In this document: in pieces, positions 26,794 through 39,200 of the stretch
Layout of the letters: every line of letters begins with the position of its first letter
Position numbering within the stretch: the first letter of the stretch is position 1
NCBI GenBank assembly: GCA_000934665.2
Contig: KZ538006.1
Coordinates: 186,001-250,000 of the forward strand
Reading direction: 5' to 3'
Source of the DNA: Catajapyx aquilonaris
Lineage: Eukaryota
Length of the DNA: 64,000 bases
The notes under the pieces: generated by a model
What the model was told of the DNA's origin: nothing
The model's input: the letters and a program-made list of their open reading frames with translations, nothing else
The model's database searches: none
Program-made: the position numbers and the translations under genes

Positions 26794-28581
26794 TTATCTA
26801 AGATAACAGTATTTCCGGTAGAAAAGTTCACCAAGAAAGGCGAATGTAGCCAAAATGATACCAAGAACAAATTTCAAAAACAACCCGCGTAACATGTGAA
26901 GTTCGATGGGTTTCGGATGGTCAATGCTTATTTCGTCGTGTGCGCGTTTCTTAAAGTACTTTTTTGCGTACTCACTCTGCTTTATTTCGTCGAATTGGGC
27001 GTACAAGCCGGATTCAAAGTACGCTTTTAGCCAGAAATTAATGAAAGTCCCGAAAGGAGTAGGGAATTTTGAATGCGCAATTGAGTTGTAGTAAAAGCAG
27101 AACCTATCTGAAGCGACAATAATTTTGCTTGGAAAATAATTTTTCCACATATCATTGTAGCTACTGGAATGAATCAAGGCGTAACCTTCGTCCAGCAAGT
27201 ATTTGACGCACGAGTCACCATCAAAGCTGCAATACGCAACATTCTTTTTTCGAAGTACCTTACACAATGGGAGGTCATCCATACCTGATGTACCATTGCA
27301 GATGCTTCCGTGCACAGCTCTCATATCTATTGGTGTCACTATTCTAAAGTCGGATTTTATAAGTTCCTCAAACGTGGTTGGCAACTTATGTTGCTCAGGG
27401 CGAACCATGAATGATTTTAGGGTACCTTTGTACGCATTGCTTATGATAATGGCAAAGAAAAACCAGCAGAGTGCCCACAATCTAAATGAAATTACAGGCG
27501 GCTGCATATTTGCGTACTGATCCACCAGAGCTCTAATTTGAAAAGTGTAACGATTTGTGTAATTTGAAGGAAGCATGTCCGACACCAGACAAGCCGCCAC
27601 TTTGAATGACACTGTAGCCACCACAACTGTCACCATCAAGTAGAACCACACCCATGGCGAAAATGGCTTCAGCGACGAACTCCAATAAATTTGTCCAACT
27701 GTATGATCCCTCATGTGCGCTATTATGAAAGTCTGATGATGAAATGAGTACGCGGATGTAAGGTCCAGTGCCGTGTAAGTAAATTCGTCAACTGGTATTG
27801 TTGCTGCAAAATCTGCCAAACCGTCCACTATGTCTTTTGCTCGGTTTAAGCACAGTTTAGACGAGTTGTTTTCTGTAGTGCAAGAAATGTACTTCAAACA
27901 GCAGCCAGTACTTTGTACCAGAGACTTGGATATCCAATGGCCACCAAACTCCTGTTCGCATTGTACTTTTCGTGTCCTTCTTCCTTGTTCAGTAAGAGAC
28001 GTTATTGTTACGCCCCGAAAATCAGTTATGACATCAGGCTTGGGTAATACAATGTAGTAGTACGGGTTGTTAATGGTCACCACAATCTTAAAGTGCGGCT
28101 CATACCTTTCATTCAATACTGTCCAGCTCTTTCTCAAAATTTCCACATCACCTGAATATCGATGGTTGAGCAGCAGGGCATCTTTGGTTGATCTGACCAG
28201 GTTTGATTTGGCAGCCGATTCAATCCCTTCTGGATGTCTGGTGAGGATGATGACTATTGTGCTGGAGTGGACTGTCACATTCAGATCAGCTAATTCGGGG
28301 TGAAGCATCAGAAGAACGACGAGCTGAGGATACCGTTGGTTCACTATCGGTGGATCTAATGTGACGGTGGTATTGTGCGTGCGAAGTGTAACAGGCTGAT
28401 AGGCACCAAAACTCATGTTTGAAAAGGCAAAAGTTTCACTGCAAGTTCCGTTAGTTGCAATGATAACATTACAACTGACAGGTATGATATTTCGTATGAC
28501 ATGATGGATGTCCACTCGCATGTCCCCGAAAGTGTCAAAAGCCACTTGACTCAGAAGAAGAATCACCAAAAAGACACCCAT
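26794..28581 (-). CDS. Divergent ionotropic receptor (IR, iGluR-related chemoreceptor), intronless, 595 aa
   Basis: Signal peptide; S1 ...GLADFA; KPFSPWVW before TM1; TM2 RLWALCWFFFAIIISNAYKGTLKSFMVRP..PTTFEELI; FESGL; C-terminal TM LRGLF...AFLGE. Confidence 0.88.
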   Translation of the reverse strand: MGVFLVILLLSQVAFDTFGDMRVDIHHVIRNIIPVSCNVIIATNGTCSETFAFSNMSFGAYQPVTLRTHNTTVTLDPPIVNQRYPQLVVLLMLHPELADLNVTVHSSTIVIILTRHPEGIESAAKSNLVRSTKDALLLNHRYSGDVEILRKSWTVLNERYEPHFKIVVTINNPYYYIVLPKPDVITDFRGVTITSLTEQGRRTRKVQCEQEFGGHWISKSLVQSTGCCLKYISCTTENNSSKLCLNRAKDIVDGLADFAATIPVDEFTYTALDLTSAYSFHHQTFIIAHMRDHTVGQIYWSSSLKPFSPWVWFYLMVTVVVATVSFKVAACLVSDMLPSNYTNRYTFQIRALVDQYANMQPPVISFRLWALCWFFFAIIISNAYKGTLKSFMVRPEQHKLPTTFEELIKSDFRIVTPIDMRAVHGSICNGTSGMDDLPLCKVLRKKNVAYCSFDGDSCVKYLLDEGYALIHSSSYNDMWKNYFPSKIIVASDRFCFYYNSIAHSKFPTPFGTFINFWLKAYFESGLYAQFDEIKQSEYAKKYFKKRAHDEISIDHPKPIELHMLRGLFLKFVLGIILATFAFLGELFYRKYCYLR

Positions 28582-31500
28582 GTTTCACTCAATGCGGAAA
28601 GTGTTCTGGCGTCTACGAGGAAAGGTCTGATCGCCACCCACTCTTCTGTATAAAAGGGCGTATTTGCATAAGCGATTTGAAGATCCAGGTGTGAAGGACG
28701 GTCCTTTTGAAGAACAAATATTGTTATGTCCTTTTGTAACGGCAGCTGTCCCTGAGTCCACGGATAAATTGATGTCCGTTTTCATCAGAATGCCGCGCTC
28801 TTTGATGTCAATACGGAATTTCACTTATGTGTATCGTTTGATTGATAACATCGTAAGTTATTATGCAGGCATGCGTTACATCTACAATGTATAAAATTGA
28901 GCCAATATACTGCCAAAATATTCAATATGAATGTCGCATTTTCAAAGTCACTGCAAAATTGCAGTTTTTGTTTTCCATGTGTATATGTCCAATGGTTTTA
29001 TTTACATCTACTGTACATATAGTATAGAAAGCAAACTTTGCGACTGAATATCGATGAAACATCATTTCTGAAATGGGGGGAAGGTAATATTAAGCTGCAA
29101 AATGTGCATATTGACGCCAGAAACACTTTTTTCCCCAGCAGCAACAAAAAGGCCGATCGACAAAGACTTTGGTACAATATATTGGCGGAAACGAGGCAGC
29201 GCGTGCAACGTGAGCAGCACATCTGGTTTAGCGAACCTATTTACAACATTATGTTCGCTTCGTAAAAAGCTTCCCGAGTACCGTGGCTACAATAATTCTT
29301 TGCTATTTTCACGCTTCCCTCAGATCATTGTGCAACTGTACAAAAAAAATAATCAATTACACGCTTTAATACTGAAACCAGTTATAAGTTTTTTTTAAAC
29401 AGTATACCGGTATGGGGATTTCTTTACTAGAGGATTTTCACTATTTTTACTCAACTGTTCTCACATAATGGGAGAGCAATATTTTTATGCACACTTGTTA
29501 TACGTTTTGAAACACAAGAAACTTTGTGATTCATTTTTAGAGATTTTGCAAGATTATACGTAACAATTTTCAACATGGATTAATTTTTAAAACGATTGTT
29601 GAATTTTGAAACACATTTTTGCCAATAATACATCAAAAATGAGAAGGTGCCTCTGGTAGTGTTCCCAGCATGGTTCATTACAATTCGATGAGAATACTGA
29701 CACAGCTCACTCATTCATACATAAGCAGTGTCTTACTCTGAGGTAACTGTTACCTCCACTCGCCTAATTGGCAAGATTATTATGATCTTAGACGTAATTT
29801 CCCACTGCCTAATCAGTTAAGACGAGGCGGAGATAGAGCTGATTATTCTCCGGCCCCGTGAGGTCGTCCTGGGCTCCAAATTATTCATTATTATCCACTC
29901 GTATGCATGCACCACTTGGAAATGTTAATGGAAGGATGCATTTCCAGGGTACAGGCCTACTCACAAAAGTATCACTTAAATTTTTTTTTACATCTTTCCT
30001 GGAAAAAGAGCGTTGGCACGGCCAGGAATTTTCATTAGAAAAAACTAGTCACGTTCATTTTTAAGCGCCTTTAAAATATTTTTTGGGGGGGTTTATTCCG
30101 CAAAGAATGCAACTCGACCTCTGGTGCATTACATCAGTTACCAGCAAGTGCAGCGGAAATGCTTCAAGCAAAATTAAGCAGTGCTTTTTCCTTGTATTAT
30201 TACTATTATAAAACAATGTGGAATGAAAGCCAAAGAAACTTGCCGGTAATTAAAGCTGCTGACAATATTATTAAGGAAGTTAACGATTTTTACACTTAAT
30301 TTGAAAATTATTCACAATCGAAAGCAGCATAAAGGTATAAAAGTGCACAGTCATTTTGTCAACAGAATTTCGTATGTTCATGCAGATAACTATAGAGAGT
30401 TTCACATCTGGCGAAGCTTGTGAATAAGACGTATGGCATGTTTATTGTTTACTGGCACATTGCTACTCGTGCAAAGTGTCACTATTAATAAGTCTTGAAT
30501 CCTTCATTCTATAGGCACAACCTTGCCGCCAGTGACTATACCGTCTCTTCACTTATCTTAACATATGAATGGTAAGTTCGTTGATTCTTTTGTTGATGTC
30601 CATTTGATATAATACTGCGCAAAGACTGCGGCGGTAAAAAAAAATGTCTCAACAACATGCGACGTAAAATGTAGAAGACAACAGTCTGGACCTTCTTGAA
30701 GATCAATTACCTGCATTGTTTTGTTTACCCAGAGTTCATCATACCCTCCAGGTATCAGAAGGTCAACCGGCGGTACTAGTTTTCACCTGTCTGGGTGGGG
30801 CCTATATTAGATGTTTAATTATAGCCATCTCGTGCAACCCATCCTGGTATTGGAAGAAATTCGTCTTAAAATCGGTCTGACAAAGGAATATGAGAGAGAA
30901 AAAAATTGACGCCGAAGAGTTTCGGTTTCGAAGGGCACCTTGGCCGATTTTATATCACTAAAATTTGGTCATCGCCCTCTGATCAGTGGGGTCAGGTGAT
31001 TCATCTTTTTGTTATGGAATGCCACGTTACTGCATTTTTTTGGGGTGGGTTGTCTTGGTGGAGGTAATGCACCCTTCATGGCCAAATGTATAAAACTTGG
31101 TTGTTATATGGCCAGTGACAATAATTATTTTATTGGTACCTTGGCTTATATGTTGTCTATACAGTATACTACTCTATCGCCTAATAGTTTGCATTGTTGT
31201 GCTGTTGGTGCAATACACTGTGTACTTTTCTGAATGTGACACAGTGTTGAAGTTGTTACTCACTAGTGGAAAGTCTGCTCGCAACAATAATTGAGCCTTA
31301 CTTAAAATTACTTACCGACTCATATAATTACGTGTGACTAATTACATTGCTTTTCTAAAACACTGAGAGTTAATAAGTACTTTACGTCAATACAGAGCAT
31401 ACTGTGAAGTAGGCTGTCATACTGTATATGTACAGTATATCATTTCTGTACTGAAATTTCCCCATGACATGATGTTTCGTACAAAGTACAGTACTTGGTA

Positions 31501-31586
31501 TAATCAAATTCTCAGAGCTACAAACTTGAATCTGTCATATACCGGCAAACAATTTGATTTCCTAGTAATAATTATGATCCTTCAAA

Positions 31587-31889
31587 GGAGAAGGAGTGGC
31601 GCTGCGGTAACGTATGCGCCTACGGATGCGGCGTACGGATGTGAAGATCCCGGGTTCGATCCCAGCCCGGGGGAGACCTCCCTTCATCTCGTGCAGAGTT
31701 GGGCTCTGGCTTCGTCTCGGGTGGAATTCCCGCTTGACATATCCACCCGGGGAAGTTCTCAAATTATGTAGGCTTACCTCCTTGGAAACTTTGCACTGCA
31801 CATTGAACATCCCCTCCTGTCATCCTATCCGTGAGTCCGGGCGATTCAAATTAATAGGCACCCAAATGTAACACGGATCAATAAAAATA

Positions 31890-31965
<76 letters not shown>
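31587..31965 (+). mobile_element. tRNA(Arg-ACG)-derived SINE with (ATT)n tail
   Basis: A box TGGCGCTGCGG (31597-31607), B box GGTTCGATCCC (31653-31663), AATAAA then (ATT)n tail. 10-bp TSD ATCCTTCAAA at 31577-31586 and 31966-31975. Confidence 0.85.

Positions 31966-31966
<1 letters not shown>
31889..31966 (+). repeat. (ATT)n microsatellite (SINE tail)
   Basis: About 25 perfect ATT units. Confidence 0.95.
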
Positions 31967-31967
<1 letters not shown>

Positions 31968-34900
31968 CCTTCAAAATTATGAAATTGCTGCAGGCGCAGA
32001 CATTTCAGTAAACTGCAATTTTTAACACGTATGCAATATTGCAGTTTTTGAATAACTGATAATGAGATTACGATATGTACCGTTTTGGCCATAATCACGT
32101 TTGAATAATAATAACATACAATGTACACGTATTTAATAATATTATGAAAAAAAGGAACTTCGGGAATACTGGCATTTATTTTGTAAAAACCTTGCACTAT
32201 AGCAGCATGCAACTTAACCTGATGTAGAGTACTACACGGTATTGTATATTATTGTACACGTGTGTGTCCTTTGTATGGCCTTTGAGGCAAGTAGGGTGCA
32301 AAAATGAATCATGAACAGAGGTGTAGCTATATATGAATATTGCTCAATGCGGTCACCTTCTGAGAATTTAATACAAATTAATTATTACCCCCTATTATTG
32401 TGCACCAATGGCTAGAGCTCCAAGTGATTTTGTATATTGAATTGTTTTTGACTTTCGCTAGTAGTTTATGAATAGGCTACATGTAATTCTGTTTTTATGT
32501 CTCACTTGCTCGTGCAATCTAATTACGTTTTCAAAATTGCAATAACCAGAAAAGTACCAGACAACAGGTCGTAAATGTCAAAATGATTATGACTGCAACA
32601 CTTTACGTCGCTCTTTTCCTTACACTCGCTGAAATCTGATGAGAAAATCTTTCCCCCTTGACTTCGACAGGATAATGAGTAACAAGAACCACTCACAATA
32701 TATCACACCTGAAGGGCAAGGAGAAAGTTCCATATTTCGCAATCGTTGCATCTAATATTCCCCTAATTCAAAGAAACATTTTAGATGGGTGGTATAGTGA
32801 AAGGGGAAAAAGAGTCATCGGAAGGCATTATTATGTCTTCTTCCGGAGTGAAACCCACGGGGGTGTTCGAGAATATAATTCTGACGTCATAAAAGCCTTA
32901 AAGGTATTGTGCACGGCTGGAGTTTCCGTTCATCAAGGTCAAAGGTCAATCTCGAGATCGAGAATGTCCAAGCGCAGGTCACGAGAACGTGACCAAGGCC
33001 AAGGTTAGATATACGAAAAAGACACCGTACGTTGAGTTATGCTTCGTATTGGGAAGTCCGTAAGTTTGCAAAAAGACGGGTGATCGGATCAATTACGGAG
33101 TCAAGGACGTCATTATGCAAATGATTCTATAGAGCAGGTCAGTTATTGCTCTCGAGCGTCGGTGGTAGTCCCAGTAATTGCTTTCCAAGAGGAGTTGTTT
33201 ACGTTTGGATATACGAACTGGAATTTGCAACGTCAATGGAAGTGTCATGTGTTAATTAACTAAAACGCATTAAAACTTACTTTTCTGGAAAAACAACGTT
33301 CAGTTATGAGAAAGCTTGTTGTGTAACGCGGACATCTTGTGCTTCAATAAACTGGTATTACTCTCACGCAACGTAAACTTGTAATTACGTATTTTCCAAT
33401 AATGTGTGAATGGCAGGGAAATGTATAGATGATTCTGTTAAAATATTGCAAGTTCATACTCTGCAATATATGCTATTACTACCTAACTCAGGAACATACC
33501 GCACCTTAAAATTAAAATAATCAAATTCAGTAATGAAATAAATGAAATAAAAATTAATAAGTTAGTCACAAAACCCGACTTATAATAATTACTCTATCGG
33601 TTACATTTATCGCCTCAGATAATATAAAGAAATTCTGCGTAGATGTACGTGATTTGAAGTGGTCATTCCACTGCGTATAAAATACCCGACGTGTTTACGA
33701 TGTCACTGGCTCCGGTTTTCCAGAGTTTGTCTTTTTATTACCTATACAGGCTAACTTTTATGAGGATGACGTTGACACTGGCCACACGGATTCAAACTGG
33801 CTGTCCGATGAAGGACACGGACCTTGCGAAAACAAAGCATAATATTGTGTGCATCTCCGATTGCAACATATTTTTAATGGACGTTAGATCCCTTATTTTG
33901 AAAACATAAACAAATTTCCCCGTGTCGTAAATATTATGTGATTACGTCAATTATTTTCTACATCGTAATGTTACGGACATGTTTGACAAGTGACTTTTAA
34001 TCATTCGTGATCATGCAATAAATGCTATATGTAAGTTATCTGCTAATTAATGCTTAATGTCCATTTATATTTAATTCGTTTAGGCCTATATTAATTATTA
34101 ACTGAAAATACGTAAGCACGCGGATTATTTAAGAATATTTACGTACATTTATATTATTATTTTATTTATGTACTTATTTTATACTGTATATTTCTCAGGT
34201 TAGTCAATTTGTCACGTATGCTATTATTTTCCGATGCAGAAATAATAATCATGGGCCCTTCTTGCAAGACAATATAAAATATACAACATTTTACACTCCC
34301 CAGTAATGATGAGGCAGGAAGAAATATATGTGAAAAGGCCCCATTCACAAAGTCATAATTTCCCGCCTTTAAATGCAGCATACCTTCCTGAGAAAAGTTC
34401 AACGAACGTACCAGACGATGGGTTGCGCCCGATAAATTCAAAAAGCAAGTTTAGAGCTAACGGAGTTGGTCCGGTCCAACAAAACGAGTCACTCCCAAAT
34501 ATTCATCTGAGTATATATACAAAGTCGTAAGAATGCAGCTTCCAAGTCGAGTTAACTGTTTCCTTGGTGAGAAGATTGCTTACACACACGTGTTGTACGC
34601 CTTAGATGTGACCCTTACCTCTAATATAACTGTTGTCACTATACATGGTCCTTCTTCCATGCTGCATTCGTAAGCTGAATCACGTCTCTTCGCATAAAAC
34701 ATGTTTGGCTGGTAATTTTAACTGATGAGGAGAAAGCAAGCTCCGGAAATGGATCCTCTGGGTTGGAAACACAGGTCATCCATATTATATTGTTAAGTAG
34801 AGGCAAATTTTGGGACGAAAAGGAAAATTGATAAAATTATGTGTTAGGTTCGTGAGGGCAGTATATACTTTCACAGCGACATGCTAAATGTCAGGTCTGC

Positions 34901-35919
34901 ATTATCATAATATTATAAAAACAGATGATTATTCGGGAACAAAAACGGAATTGGGCTCTTGATGCAAATATTGATTAGCTATATTGTTAATATTAATATT
35001 ACACTGTACGCTACTATAGGGCTCTACGAATCATATTCAATACTCTGCGAAAATAGGTTCTGAGAACCCTTACCCAGGTCGTGAACCTACAGTGTTTCAA
35101 AAGGACAAGTAAATTATTCCGTACTTATGAATATTATCTGTAGACCTGTATGTGGGCCACAATTGCTCACTGGCTGCTATTTTGCTAGTACTCAAGCACG
35201 ATCAATATTGGTTCGTTCCTATGAAAAACTGATGGCCTACTTAAGAAACGATCTGTATCTGCTTCCAGCACAAACACCGGGACAATAAATTTTACTTGAA
35301 AATGTGAATCACCGAAATGTTGGAAATTCCACCCGCGATGTCTCCACCTGAAAATATAACATTTATAGGCTTACATTGAACCATTTTTTTGTTCAATTTG
35401 AGTGAATAATCGACTCCTGATCAAAATATGTTACAGACAAACCTGGCCAATTTATCAGAAAAACGAACACCATTTCGCACTGTTTTACATTACAAAGAGT
35501 AACTAATCATGTATTTAAAATATCAAGGAATAAGGTTACAAGTATTTTCATGACAGTTATTTACTAATCACCCTGTACATTATAATGACAGATTTTGATG
35601 GAACATAGCCAAAAAAAATCATCACTTTTTTTGCAAAATCAAAATATTTGCGACTTGATTCTGCATATACATATCAATCTGGTATCTTTACACATAAATA
35701 ACAAGTAGCATCCAATATGCCTATAAGCAACAAAAAAACAGATATCAATCGGAGAAAACACACGCATCAAACCATGACGCACTAGAACCAGTTTGAAAAA
35801 AAAACGAATCTTAGAAACCGCGTCTCATCTCAAGAAGTCTCCTCCAGATCTTCAGGGAGAAAGGCCACACACTAGAAACACTATAAAAAATAGCGCATAG
35901 TTACACTACAAAAGTGGTG

Positions 35920-36060
35920 AGGCGCGACCAGGAGAGGGGGTAGGAGGAGAGGGTAGAGGGGGGAATGGAAAAGGGGGGGTAGAGGGGAGCCGTGACGTCA
36001 CATCCAAGCGCGCCTTTAATTGGCGCCGCCTGTTCCGCGGGAGACTCAGACTCGAACTCG
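35920..36060 (+). promoter_or_regulatory. Putative distal promoter of the neprilysin gene
   Basis: Purine/G-run tract, CRE palindrome GTGACGTCAC (35992-36001), local CpG enrichment and Inr-like TCAGAC (~36046), just upstream of the first coding exon. Confidence 0.5.
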
Positions 36061-36219
36061 GTGTCGGCAAGATATAGTCGCAAAATATACCTTAGGTCCT
36101 CTTTGTTGAAAATTGTAATTTTTTATATATTTTTTTTGAGTCGAAGTGTTTTGAGGTACTGGTAGGCAACCATTCCGGCCAACAAGCAGGCAGTGTTTCC
36201 GGCCGCTCCGGGAATCAAC

Positions 36220-39200
36220 ATGGAGAAGGGCATCCCCAGCGGGAAGGCCGAGAGCCAGGTCACGCTGGCCAGCAGGCATGGACCAGAAATCATCAGGTCA
36301 GTAAAGGTCACACATTTTTAGGAGACACTGTTACTTGAAATATTGGCATCCCTGATTGGTCACGTGGTACCTCATTGGCTCATTTAAAATGTTTAAAAAA
36401 AAATACTAACACGTGGCTTCTACCAGTAAACAAAACTGGTCAAGTACGAGGGCCTTCAACTATATACAATGCATGCGGAAATAATGGGTGTCAGCTTTCC
36501 CTTTCGTGGACGGATTGGTGTGACAGTACAGTGTGCTTATCAGTGTGCATTGTCCTCCAAGGAGAAATTTAGCAAAATGACATTGTCACTTAATATAATC
36601 GGGCTAAATTGCGCGATTTTGGCACAATGAACCAACCCGTTATGACAAAAAAATAGTCACCCAGGAAATATTTTGCAAAAAATGCGACCAGTGCGTATTA
36701 AGCGACCATGACAACCTCGGTCCCCTCCCCCAGCATTATTATGATAATTCGCCATTTGTCCAGAAAAACTTCCGCGAACGAAATAAAAAAAATTCGCGCA
36801 TAATATCACGGTCACGAGTCGTCGCATTGCAAAAAAAATATGTACAAAACCACATTTTGCGTGATGAGAAACCCTACCACAGAAAGAAAACGCTTGCAAT
36901 TTTATTATCACGCTCACAAAAGTGTGCAGAAATCTCACGTTTATGAGCGAAAAAATATATCGCCGCATCTCCATCGCAACAATTTAGTCACGTGCCCAAC
37001 AAACGGTTGGCTCTGACCTTAATGCTAGCTGCTTTTGCACACACATAACTCAACAATATTTTCGCTTTCACTATTTAGGAGAGCAAACCCTCCTGCTGTG
37101 AAAGGTGTAATAATATACATATCCCCCAAAGGCTTAAAAGCTTCTTTTAAAAAATCAAATAGAAAGCCTACCTTTTCATAGGTTCGTTATACCTTACCTT
37201 GTGGCCAGGTGACGAGCACAATGGAAGGCAAATGACGTGGTCAAGTCCAATAAAGGATTGACCCACTTGAAAGGGTACATAACTGTACCTCTTAAATACT
37301 ATCGCCTTCCAAGAGGGTTCAAAGACCTTATTTTGGAACCAGTTTAGGAGATCAGAGACAGAGGATTAAAAAAAATAATCTCTGGAACTTCCTACATATT
37401 TTCTGGTCACATATGAAAAAATGTCGTGTAGATATAGCAGCATAAGATATAGAGTCGATTGTGTGCAAATTATTTTTTTGTCATATTTCTGTGTGAGCAC
37501 ATTTATTCATGTCATTCATGTAGGAAATGTGGTGCGCGGTTAGCATACGGTACGACAGAAACAAGGGAAAAATCCTCGTGCTCTGTGCTCGTAAATCGGG
37601 GCAGTATATAGCGGAGAAAGTAGGCGGATCGGTTCTGCGTGAAGTTTTGTGTGTATATGCAATTTTTTTGTTGTACGACTTGTCCACGTGGGATGTTTGG
37701 AAGCCACAGGTTTCTTTGGCGTGAAATCGAAAAGATCAGTTCGTGTTTTGGTGAAAAATTGGTACGGGGGTGTGTATTCCCCACAAGGGCCAGTAGGACG
37801 AACATGAGAGAAATGTGTGAGAAATATATGTTTTTTTTTGCAGCCACCGCCTGTTTGCATGATATTATGGGAGTGAAAATGTTGTAAAAAATTTCACTTT
37901 GGCAAGCTTCATACCGTATATTGTTTGTCACATATCACACAAAATGGACAATAATATTACTGCAAGAGTGTCTTCTATACAAAGACACAAAACTTGAAAC
38001 ATTGTAATATGGCATCAACTTTAAAATGAAAACTGTTTTTCAAAAGTGTTTTAATTAGATCATACAGTTTTTTTCCCCTCACAGTAGAATGCACTTTATA
38101 AAATTGTTCGCAGCGTAAGTCTGCCACCAATCTCTTACAAACACACAAAAAAGTCCATCTCAAGCGGACCATCTTGGGAACTCCCTCAGGGACTTCTTTC
38201 CTTCTTCGATCTTTTTTTTTAAGCAAAAAGAAGAAAAAAAAGAAATCTCCCGCACCCTTCCGGAACTTGCTTAATTAGTTTTGCATACCGGGAGATGAGG
38301 CCGCATGCTGTGGAGGGTAAATTTGCAAGGAAAGCCTCTTTCTGCGTTTTGTTGTGCCTCAGCATCATCTCGGGTTGTATCTCAGGTGGGCTATCCGGGA
38401 GTCGGAATTATTGCCCTGTGGGGGACGCAACTAGCCTCAAGGTTGCTGAAGAACAGGCCATGTCTCATTGTCAAGCTGATTAAGTTTGCGCCATTGCTTT
38501 TGTACACTTGAATTTGTCATTTTTTATGCCTCAATTCCGCAACTCGTCTGGGTTCTCCCATGAATTATTGATGCAATCATTCACTTTACGATGCACGCTG
38601 TAGTTACTTGCAGGATTGTAATTAAGCGAGCATAACTTGAATTAAATAGCTCTGTGTTGATGTTATGTTCTACTGAAAGTATTGGTGATGACTCTTATGA
38701 GTAAAATGTGTGCAAAATTTGAAATGTTGGGCAGGCGAACGTGTACTGAAATTACTCTCTAAAAAAATAAGAGTTAAATTAACTCTTTTAAACCTTGAAA
38801 GTGGTCATTACCAAAAATGAGTTATAATAACTCTTTGCTGGAGTTAAAATAACTCTTTTAGTTCATTTCATCCTCCGAAAGAGTGAATTAATAACTCTTT
38901 TCGGAGGATGAAATGAACTAAAAGAGTTATTTTAACTCCAGCAAAGAGTTATTATAACTCATTTTTGGTAATGACCACTTTCAAGGTTTAAAAGAGTTAA
39001 TTTAACTCTTATTGAGTTTTTTTTAACTCTACTTTTTTTAGAGAGTAGGTAATTATGATGCTCGTAAATTATTTATAAACTACCGCATGGTGTGTGCTAA
39101 GCTGTACTAAGTCTAATTGATATTCCAATCCGATTAATGCTGGGAATAAAATTTAAATACCGTACTAATTTATCAACACCCATCAGTGACGAAGTGCCCT

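Noticed and set aside
30515..30571. 57-nt segment bounded by TAG| and |GTAAGT
   Set aside because: No partner exons or coding similarity identified.
36640..37930. CpG-rich stretches with several short ORFs, possibly transposon remnants
   Set aside because: Could not identify TIRs, TSDs or transposase motifs by eye.
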